Assembly (NCBI GenBank): GCA_041494705.1
Contig: JBGQBI010000003.1
Span: forward strand, 90,001 to 122,000
Direction of reading: 5' to 3'
DNA: 32,000 bases
Source: Candidatus Methanoperedens sp.
GTDB lineage: Archaea; Halobacteriota; Methanosarcinia; Methanosarcinales; Methanoperedenaceae
Part shown: positions 26,084 through 32,000 of the stretch, in pieces
Layout of the letters: each line of letters starts with the position of its first letter
Numbering within the stretch: position 1 is the first letter of the stretch
Made by a program: the position numbers and the translations under genes
Notes under the pieces: generated by a model
What the model was told of the DNA's origin: nothing
Databases searched by the model: none
The model's input: only the letters and a program-made list of their open reading frames with translations

Positions 26084-27802
26084 ATGCTGAAAGTTAATAA
26101 CCTGGTTAAAGACTATATAATCGACTCTGATACGATAAGAGTTCTGGATGGGCTAAGTTTCAATATCAAAGAGGGTGAAATCCTCGGGATCATCGGGAGA
26201 AGCGGGGGAGGTAAATCGACTATATTAAAAGTTTTACGCGGGATGGAGCCGTTCGTTGACGGTAGTTTTGAGCTCGACGGATTTACAGTCAAACCCGGCG
26301 CAACGCCAGCGGATATCAAGAAACTTCAGAAAATGACAGCCATTCACCTTCAGAGAAATTTCGGGCTGTGGTCTGGGGCTACATATGAAAACGTATTGCG
26401 GCGCCTTTATTCAGAAAGATTCGGATCTGAAGTGTTGCCTGAAAAAGATTCCCCTTATTATGACGAATTGTACCAGGAAAGCCTTGAGTACCTGAAACTT
26501 GTAAATCTTGAAGGGAAAGCAGAGCATTTCTCATCGGTGCTGAGCGGTGGAGAAAAACAGAGATTGCTGATAGCAAGGCAGCTTGCAGCAAAACCGCATC
26601 TTCTTCTTCTTGACGAACCCGCTACTATGACCTGCCCTGCAACAAAACAGGGTGTTCTCGACACCATAAAGAATGTGAATGAGAAATTAAAACTCAAGAC
26701 CCTTGTAGTCTCCCATCTGCCTGAAGTGCACTCATATCTTGCCCACCGCGTGCTGTGGCTTGAGAACGGGAAAATAATAGAGGAAGGAGCGCCGGAGGAT
26801 GTATTAAAGAAATTCCTTAAGAAAATGAAACCTGCCGTCCCGATGCCGGAGCGGAAATCCGATAAGACCGTGATAAAGGTCAGCAACCTTTCAAAGAGAT
26901 ACTGGCTTATCAGGCAGGGCGAAGTGCTTGACCTTGAGAATATTAGTATTGATTTCAAACAGGGTGAGATAGTTGCGCTCATAGGCCCGAGCGGAGCCGG
27001 AAAAACCACACTTCTTCATGCCATGGACGGGCTTACATACCCGGATGAAGGCGAGATAGAATTCCTTGTTGATAACGACTGGGTTGAAATATCCACATAC
27101 ACTCCAAAGAGAATGGAGGTTAGAAGGATGACAAGTATTATGTATCAGGAGTTCGCCCTTTCGCCACATTCCACAATAAAACAGCAGCTTGCTTATAAAC
27201 TGGGTGTAAAGGGACAGAATGTTATTGAAGCATCAAGAAAACGAGCCAAAGAACTCGGTATATCCGATAAGGACCTTGATGAACTCTATAAGATGACCGA
27301 TACGCCTGAGGAGAACTCAAGGGAAACCCTGGCAAAAATGGGTTATACGCCTGCTATCCTCGGGGTACTCTTCCCCAGCTATCCACTCACAGAGGTGTTG
27401 AATTACGCAAAACCTGTCTTTGAGGCTGTGGATTTGCCATTGGGCGTTCTTGATGTCAAGCCATACCAGATAAGCGGCGGCGAGAATGTAAGAGCTGCCC
27501 TTGCGCTGGCGTTGGCTTCAAAACCGTCAATACTGCTGCTGGATGAACCATTCGGCGACCTTGACCCCATAACATTGAGGGACGTTGCAAATTCGCTTAA
27601 GAATATCAACAGGACTTTCAATACCACCATTATATTCATCAGCCATCATGTGGATTTCATAAGGGAAGTCGCACAGAGGGCGATTTTGATTGATAAAGGG
27701 CATATCGTTGATGATGGAGAACCGGTTAAAGTCTGCGATGGATTCATCAAAGCGAGTAATGCAAAATATCTTAATAAATGTCTTGAGGATTATTCAAAAT
27801 AG
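26084..27802 (+). CDS. atwA: Double ABC-ATPase without a membrane domain, resembling methyl-coenzyme M reductase system component A2 (AtwA)
   Basis: 572 aa with two nucleotide-binding domains: GIIGRSGGGKSTILKVLRGM, LSGGEKQRLLIARQL and LLLLDEP in the first; LIGPSGAGKTTLL, ISGGENVRAALALAL and ILLLDEPFGDLD in the second. The GRSGxGKS..L..LRGM N-terminus resembles my recollection of the A2 family. This was not verified by search. Confidence 0.5.
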   Translation: MLKVNNLVKDYIIDSDTIRVLDGLSFNIKEGEILGIIGRSGGGKSTILKVLRGMEPFVDGSFELDGFTVKPGATPADIKKLQKMTAIHLQRNFGLWSGATYENVLRRLYSERFGSEVLPEKDSPYYDELYQESLEYLKLVNLEGKAEHFSSVLSGGEKQRLLIARQLAAKPHLLLLDEPATMTCPATKQGVLDTIKNVNEKLKLKTLVVSHLPEVHSYLAHRVLWLENGKIIEEGAPEDVLKKFLKKMKPAVPMPERKSDKTVIKVSNLSKRYWLIRQGEVLDLENISIDFKQGEIVALIGPSGAGKTTLLHAMDGLTYPDEGEIEFLVDNDWVEISTYTPKRMEVRRMTSIMYQEFALSPHSTIKQQLAYKLGVKGQNVIEASRKRAKELGISDKDLDELYKMTDTPEENSRETLAKMGYTPAILGVLFPSYPLTEVLNYAKPVFEAVDLPLGVLDVKPYQISGGENVRAALALALASKPSILLLDEPFGDLDPITLRDVANSLKNINRTFNTTIIFISHHVDFIREVAQRAILIDKGHIVDDGEPVKVCDGFIKASNAKYLNKCLEDYSK

Positions 27803-27838
27803 GATTAACTATTTGATGTTTTAAAGATATCTTCTAAA

Positions 27839-28744
27839 ATGATGGTTTCATCAAGAAAGATAATAATCTATTTTGCAACATTTTTTATTTTGCTGTTCAT
27901 AATAGCCGGAAGCTTTTTTTTGATTCTGGGCGGTAAGGATTTCGGGATATCAAAAAACAGGGTCGAAGTCATTTATGTCCAGGGTGAGATGCTCACAGGC
28001 AGCGTCCCAACGGGATTTGGAGTCGCGACTTCAGAAGAGATTGCAAAAAGCCTGAAGGATGCCTCAAATGATGACGGGGTAAAAGCCATCGTGATGCGGA
28101 TAAACAGCCCGGGCGGGTCTCCCGCTGCGGCTGAAGAGATTGTGGCTGCGATGAAAAAAACCAAAAAACCCATTGTTGTTTCTATGGGTGATGTGGCAGC
28201 CAGCGCAGCATATTATATCAGCGCGCCAGCTACTAAGATAATAGCAAACCCCGATACCATGACTGGCAGTATAGGAGTAATCTGGGAATTCCAGAACAGG
28301 TCAAAATTCTATGAAAAAGACGGGACTGAGTTCTATATTGCAAAATCGGGGGAGTTGAAGGATATGGGTGGGGACTGGCGGGGATTGTCTGATGAAGAAA
28401 AGCAGTATGTTGACCAGGTAATAACTGAATCTTACGGGCGTTTCATACATGAAGTGGCAACAGACCGGAACCTCAGTTTGAGTAAAGTCAAAGACCTTGC
28501 AGACGGCAGGATATATACAGGAGCAAAAGCCAAAGAACTGGGGCTTGTGGATGATTTCGGAAATCTTGATGACGCAATTGACATTGCTGCGAAGCTTGGA
28601 GGAATTGAAGGGACACCTGAAGTTACCTATGCCAACAAGCCATCGCTTTCACGATTGCTATTCGGCGCTGAAAAAACGGACATCACCCAATTTACAGGTT
28701 ATTTTTTTGAGAGTCCTTACGGAAAGCTGCTCTCGATGTCTTAA
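27839..28744 (+). CDS. sppA: Signal peptide peptidase SppA (S49 family, 36K type)
   Basis: N-terminal TM helix, then VKAIVMRINSPGGSPAAAEEI and MGDVAASAAYYISAPATKIIANPDTMTGSIGV, and later GRIYTGAKAKELGLVD. Confidence 0.88.
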   Translation: MMVSSRKIIIYFATFFILLFIIAGSFFLILGGKDFGISKNRVEVIYVQGEMLTGSVPTGFGVATSEEIAKSLKDASNDDGVKAIVMRINSPGGSPAAAEEIVAAMKKTKKPIVVSMGDVAASAAYYISAPATKIIANPDTMTGSIGVIWEFQNRSKFYEKDGTEFYIAKSGELKDMGGDWRGLSDEEKQYVDQVITESYGRFIHEVATDRNLSLSKVKDLADGRIYTGAKAKELGLVDDFGNLDDAIDIAAKLGGIEGTPEVTYANKPSLSRLLFGAEKTDITQFTGYFFESPYGKLLSMS

Positions 28745-28745
28745 T

Positions 28746-29654
28746 TCAATTTCGTGATTTCTTCTCAGGATGTTGTTTCCTAATAACTTCTACTTTCTTT
28801 TTCAGTTCTTCAGGCAGCCTGTCAATTAATTTTCCTGAATAAAAATCGTAGCGCGAAGCCAAGGAAATTTTTGAGGCGAGCGCCCGTGCAATCTTCCCAC
28901 GCTGCCATCTCGGCGCTGTGTTTACAAGCGGATGCCTGAAAATCAACCCGTGCTTTGGAGAAGGGGCTTTGCCTTTCAGGTGTTTAAAAAGCGCATTGCT
29001 TGCCCCGATTACCTGCACCCTGCTTGAGGGCATCGAAGCCAATCTTCCAAGACTTCCCGCAATGCTCAAAAGCCGCGCCCCGAGGATGTGCCCTGCAATA
29101 TTTGTAAGGTTCGGGGCAATTACCGGCATGTTTTCCCTGATATATTCTTCAATGGACTTGCGGGTATCATACAATCCAAGAAGCGAGGAAGCAAAATCCT
29201 GCATGATTTTTAAATCAGCATTAAATGAATTTCCTGTATATTTTATTCCGATTATATGCTTTGCGAGTTCTTCACTTTTTAAGGGAGTTTCTTCAAAATT
29301 AAATATATACCATTCCTTGAGTCTTTCTGCAAGGATATTCATAGTTTCATCAAGGTCGTCTATAGCCTCGACTGCCGCTATTATCCGCCTGTCCGGTGTC
29401 GCTGCCTTTGTTATTTGTCTTTTTGCAAGCGCAATATTGAACTCATGAAGCAAGCGGTCGTACTCGTCGTATGCCTCCACGAAGCCGTATTTTACAGCAA
29501 GGTCGCGAAGGTCCATGCCTGCAACTTTGCCCCTTAGCAACGATGAGTCTTCATACAGTTTTATTAGAAAATCCATGTCTTTTTGGAATAATTCGGCATC
29601 TGTTATTTTGCCTTCATCGAGTGTGAAGCTCCCGAACCATATTCTTACTTGCAT
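28746..29654 (-). CDS. nop5: C/D box sRNP core protein Nop5 (Nop56/58 homolog)
   Basis: 302 aa. The Nop domain is APNLTNIAGHILGARLLSIAGSLGRLASMPSSRVQVIGASNALFKHLKGKAPSPKHGLIFRHPLV...RGKIARALASKISLASRYD. Confidence 0.88.
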   Translation of the reverse strand: MQVRIWFGSFTLDEGKITDAELFQKDMDFLIKLYEDSSLLRGKVAGMDLRDLAVKYGFVEAYDEYDRLLHEFNIALAKRQITKAATPDRRIIAAVEAIDDLDETMNILAERLKEWYIFNFEETPLKSEELAKHIIGIKYTGNSFNADLKIMQDFASSLLGLYDTRKSIEEYIRENMPVIAPNLTNIAGHILGARLLSIAGSLGRLASMPSSRVQVIGASNALFKHLKGKAPSPKHGLIFRHPLVNTAPRWQRGKIARALASKISLASRYDFYSGKLIDRLPEELKKKVEVIRKQHPEKKSRN

Positions 29655-29715
29655 GGGCTAATCTTTTCCCTTATAGTACTAAACCTTTTATACCGTATCG
29701 CAAGCGACCTTCATA

Positions 29716-29790
29716 CATGGGAACTGCGCCGGGGCAAGCCCCGGACAACGGCGGAGGCGCCGCTCTCTGGCGGAGGTTGGCGACTCCTTG
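29716..29790. other. GC-rich structured intergenic element between rfbD and nop5 (candidate ncRNA, 3-prime UTR structure or terminator)
   Basis: A perfect hairpin CCGGGG-caag-CCCCGG lies at 29729-29744. The direct repeat GGCGGAGG occurs at 29750-29757 and 29769-29776. GCGCC (29726-29730) is complementary to GGCGC (29756-29760). GC content is clearly above the AT-rich flanks. Confidence 0.4.
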
Positions 29791-29805
29791 CTGAATTATC
29801 CGCAT

Positions 29806-30672
29806 TTATATTTTCAGGTGTCCCTTTTCCATCAAATAATTCTTCAAAGCCTCTTCCCAGTTTTCCATCTCAAGCCCGTAATTTTTAAGCTTGGTACTAA
29901 CGAGCGGCGAGAACATAGGTCTTCTGGCTTTTGATTGCAGGTTATTGGTCTTAGTCGGGGATACGTTTGTCTCTATGCCCAGCGTTTCAAAGATTGCTCT
30001 TGCAAACTCATACCATGTGCATATGCCGCTGTTGGCTACATGATATATCCCGAAGGGTAACATTCTCGAATGGACATTCTTTATCATACTGGCTGCATCT
30101 TTTGTATAGGTCGGGGACATTATCATATCATCCACAACTTTAATTTCTTCGTTGTTGTGCGCTTTTTTTATCATTGTCTCAACGAAATTTCCACCCTTGC
30201 CGCTTGCTCCAGCGGCCCCAAACAGACTGGAGGAACGTATGATATAGTGGTTTTCAAACGTATTTCTGACAAAATATTCACCTGCGAGTTTGCTGTTCCC
30301 ATACACATTTAATGGATTCGGGATATCGTTTTCAATATAAGGTTCTTTTTTCCTGCCATCAAAGACATAATCAGTACTTATATGCATCAAAATTGCATTC
30401 AAATCTTTAGAGATTAGCGCGATGTTTCTTGCACCCAGCGCATTTACTGCAAAAGCCCTGTCAGCAAAATCTTCTGCATCATCCACCCTCACATAAGCCG
30501 CGCAGTTGATTACAACATCAGGCTGTATTTTTTTTAAGATTTCCATCGACGTTTTAAAATCAGTAACATCGATATCTGCATGAGTCAGGGGGGTAATTTC
30601 GTCTTTGTTTTCAAATACCCTTACAAGGTCAAAACCCAGTTGCCCGTTCGCCCCGATTACAGCAATTTTTAT
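29806..30672 (-). CDS. rfbD: dTDP-4-dehydrorhamnose reductase; the frame lacks a canonical start codon for its Rossmann N-terminus (putative ATA start at 30670-30672)
   Basis: The ORF track starts at ATG 30546 (MEILKKIQPDVVINCAAYVRVDDAE). The same frame upstream encodes IKIAVIGANGQLGFDLVRVFENKDEITPLTHADIDVTDFKTS, which is the NAD(P)-binding GxxGxxG region of RmlD. See the finding for details. Confidence 0.75.
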   Translation of the reverse strand: MKIAVIGANGQLGFDLVRVFENKDEITPLTHADIDVTDFKTSMEILKKIQPDVVINCAAYVRVDDAEDFADRAFAVNALGARNIALISKDLNAILMHISTDYVFDGRKKEPYIENDIPNPLNVYGNSKLAGEYFVRNTFENHYIIRSSSLFGAAGASGKGGNFVETMIKKAHNNEEIKVVDDMIMSPTYTKDAASMIKNVHSRMLPFGIYHVANSGICTWYEFARAIFETLGIETNVSPTKTNNLQSKARRPMFSPLVSTKLKNYGLEMENWEEALKNYLMEKGHLKI

Positions 30673-30709
30673 GACCAGAACCCCCTGTTCTCTCTTGCAA
30701 GTCTCTCCT

Positions 30710-31195
30710 TCATGGCTCGTCCACCTTAAAAGGACTATTCTCCATGCCTTCGTATCTTATTTCGTCCACGGTTTCTTTCTTCCCCCAGCCTGCATAGAGT
30801 TTATTGGGGAGATTTATTATCAGACCCGGTTTGTCTCCAACATTTTTATAAGCGTGCACTATCCCCGGAGGAACTAATACGATTTTATGTCCATTTTGAC
30901 TAATGTCTAAAATCATTTTGTTTTTATATGTTGAAGAATTTTTTCTGTTATCCCATAGTATTAACTTAAAGTCCGAAGGACCTAAAAAACAAAAAAAATC
31001 CGTTTGTTCCAGATGCTCGTGAGGTCCTCTCGCAACCCCGGGGTAAGTCAGCGATATGTAGGACATCACAGGAAAAATATCTTCACCAATCATATCTTTC
31101 CTGAAAAGTTCTATAAGCCAGCCCCTGTCGTCTTCATATTTAATCAAATTTTTTATAATAATGTCGTTAATTTTCCCGTCTTTGAAACCGCTCAT
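30710..31195 (-). CDS. rfbC: dTDP-4-dehydrorhamnose 3,5-epimerase (cupin-type)
   Basis: 161 aa. YEDDRGWLIELFRKD, GVARGPHEH and VLVPPGIVHAYKNVG are RmlC-like cupin motifs. The gene lies between the rfbA-like and rfbD genes. Confidence 0.8.
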   Translation of the reverse strand: MSGFKDGKINDIIIKNLIKYEDDRGWLIELFRKDMIGEDIFPVMSYISLTYPGVARGPHEHLEQTDFFCFLGPSDFKLILWDNRKNSSTYKNKMILDISQNGHKIVLVPPGIVHAYKNVGDKPGLIINLPNKLYAGWGKKETVDEIRYEGMENSPFKVDEP

Positions 31196-31215
31196 AAAGG
31201 GTTACGCCCCTTTAT
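31194..31215 (-). promoter_or_regulatory. Stem-loop pairing the rfbC start codon region with its G-rich Shine-Dalgarno-like tract
   Basis: The minus-strand RNA reads AUAAAGGG-GCGUAA-CCCUUUAU-G. The 3-prime arm contains the A and U of the rfbC AUG. The 5-prime arm contains the only purine-rich SD-like tract (AAAGGGG). Confidence 0.35.
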
Positions 31216-31479
31216 AACGTCCCGAGTCACGTCTCGGGAGGACGTGTCCACGTATGCCGAAGGCATACGTGTTGTCTTTGCTAAAGGTTTCAAAAAAGCG
31301 ACACCTCGCTTTATGCGGTATCCACGTAAACCGATACCCCGGTTTACGTGGTGTTGGGGTATGCTTTGCATACCCCTCGTTTGATAAACCTTTCTTAAAG
31401 GTTTGCGTATGCCTGTGGGCATACGTGTCTGCGAAGTAAAGCGGCACAACGGTTTTTGATAAAACTTTCTTAAAGTTTT
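31194..31479. repeat. Array of nine short perfect stem-loops built from recurring words, filling the rfbA-rfbC spacer
   Basis: All hairpins were verified base by base:
- 31194-31215: 8 bp.
- 31217-31245: 6+4 bp with a 3-nt bulge.
- 31249-31271: 10 bp.
- 31295-31312: 7 bp.
- 31322-31351: 12 bp.
- 31356-31376: 9 bp.
- 31386-31404: 8 bp.
- 31406-31425: 8 bp.
- 31461-31479: 8 bp. Confidence 0.85.
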
Positions 31480-32000
31480 TCATACCTCTATCTCCGAATA
31501 GTCCCCTATCATCAGTTTCAATGCTTTATGACTGTTATTTTTTAAAACTTTTACATCTTTTCCGATCAGGCTGTCCTCCAATCTTTCTATTCCCCTTACC
31601 TGCGCGTTGTCGAGAATAACACAATGCTCGATGGATGAATCAACAATTTGGGTATTGTTCCCGATACTGGTATAAGGACCTATGAAAGAGTTCACGATAT
31701 GCGAGTTCTCACCTATTGCCACAGGACCTCTAATAATACTGTTTTCAACAACAGCGCCCCTGTCAATTTTTACTCGTCCTGTCACCCTTGTTTTATCATC
31801 AAGACTCCCGCATATTTCAGTTTTAACATATTCATCCAGAATTATGCTGTTTGCTGTGAGGATGTCGTCTTTTTTTCCAGTATCAAGCCACCAGGATTTG
31901 AGAATTTCACTTTTTACTTTGCAGCCCATGTTGATTAATTCCTGTATGGCATCCGTGATTTCAAGTTCGTTGCGCGAGGATGGTTTTATCCTATCAATAG
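31480..32000 (-). CDS. rfbA: Glucose-1-phosphate thymidylyltransferase, long form with a C-terminal left-handed beta-helix (C-terminal part; continues past the window end)
   Basis: The frame is open to position 32000, beyond the listed Met at 31929: ...IKPSSRNELEITDAIQELINMGCKVKSEILKSWWLDTGKKDDILTAN. Hexapeptide repeats follow (VVENSIIRGPVAIGENSHIVNSFIGPYTSIGNNTQIVDSSI). Confidence 0.75.
   Translation of the reverse strand, partial: IDRIKPSSRNELEITDAIQELINMGCKVKSEILKSWWLDTGKKDDILTANSIILDEYVKTEICGSLDDKTRVTGRVKIDRGAVVENSIIRGPVAIGENSHIVNSFIGPYTSIGNNTQIVDSSIEHCVILDNAQVRGIERLEDSLIGKDVKVLKNNSHKALKLMIGDYSEIEV

Noticed and set aside
29716-29790. tRNA or C/D box sRNA in the GC-rich spacer next to nop5
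   Set aside because: Neither strand has a cloverleaf, a GTTCRANYC-type T-loop, or correctly ordered C (RUGAUGA) and D (CUGA) boxes. The only CTGA occurrences are isolated.
29649-29888. A 79-aa plus-strand ORF spanning the rfbD-nop5 spacer
   Set aside because: It overlaps the nop5 start and the rfbD 3-prime end in antisense, and its middle is the GC-rich structured tract (RRGKPRTTAEAPLSGGGWRL). It has no coding character.
31194-31479. Possible CRISPR array
   Set aside because: The repeated words are 8-25 nt long, differ from one another, and are not separated by uniform-length unique spacers. Only one word pair recurs, at a 75-bp distance. No cas genes are in the window.
31192-31483. ORFs of 93 aa and 85 aa (minus) and 61 aa (plus) inside the hairpin array. 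The 93-aa ORF starts in an ATGA overlap with the rfbA stop and ends 6 nt before rfbC.
   Set aside because: - Three overlapping open frames occur on both strands.
- The composition is extremely basic and His/Arg/Tyr-rich, with internal echoes (TYAHRHT, GYAKHTP, TYAFGIRGH) caused by the GTATGC hairpin words.
- Nearly continuous perfect palindromes argue for structured non-coding DNA.
- Coding is not fully excluded, because the 93-aa ORF fits the operon spacing neatly. Conservation analysis would decide.
1-32000. Mobile genetic element or extrachromosomal (Borg-like) origin of the window
   Set aside because: - There is no transposase, integrase or terminal repeat.
- The tandem repeat is about 90 percent identical, not perfect.
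- Core housekeeping genes are present (glnA, nop5, sppA, trxB, tatA).
- GC content looks uniform and moderate, consistent with a host chromosome.

Overview
Archaeal chromosomal window with moderate GC by eye and dense coding on both strands. I saw no rRNA, tRNA, CRISPR array, transposase or integrase. The gene content suggests a cytochrome-rich, methane-metabolising member of the Methanosarcinales. An ANME-2d/Methanoperedens-like host is my inference only and was not verified by any search.

Gene order:
- A partial helix-hairpin-helix gene at the left edge, then a PIN/RHH toxin-antitoxin pair.
- Coenzyme F430 genes cfbD-cfbC-cfbB. They are followed co-directionally by an ABC transporter with no binding protein in the window (duplicated permease, ATPase, stand-alone AAA-associated domain protein) and two tandem tatA genes.
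- A small conserved archaeal gene and larB.
- A quinol:cytochrome c module: 5-6 heme PGF-CTERM cytochrome, membrane-anchored tetraheme cytochrome, Tat-exported NrfC-like FeS protein, NrfD-like membrane subunit.
- A PIN-ATPase-KH protein, glnA-nrpR and hicBA.
- A 16-heme cytochrome whose N-terminus is a NapC/NirT-type quinol dehydrogenase module and which contains a 2 x 189 bp tandem duplication.
- A hypothetical gene and trxB.
- Three putative surface or scaffold proteins (LVIVD repeat, PQQ-like propeller with PGF-CTERM, TPR).
- An MCR component A2-like double ABC ATPase, sppA and nop5.
- A dTDP-rhamnose operon, rfbA-rfbC-rfbD.

Most unusual observations:
1. The 286-bp rfbA-rfbC spacer is filled with nine perfect stem-loops built from recurring words.
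2. rfbD has no canonical start codon upstream of its Rossmann motif; ATA sits where ATG is expected.
3. A GC-rich structured element lies between rfbD and nop5.
4. The NapC/NirT module is fused to twelve further hemes.
5. An uncharacterised ABC transporter type is linked to the F430 genes.

All functional calls rest on motif recognition by eye. No database search was run.
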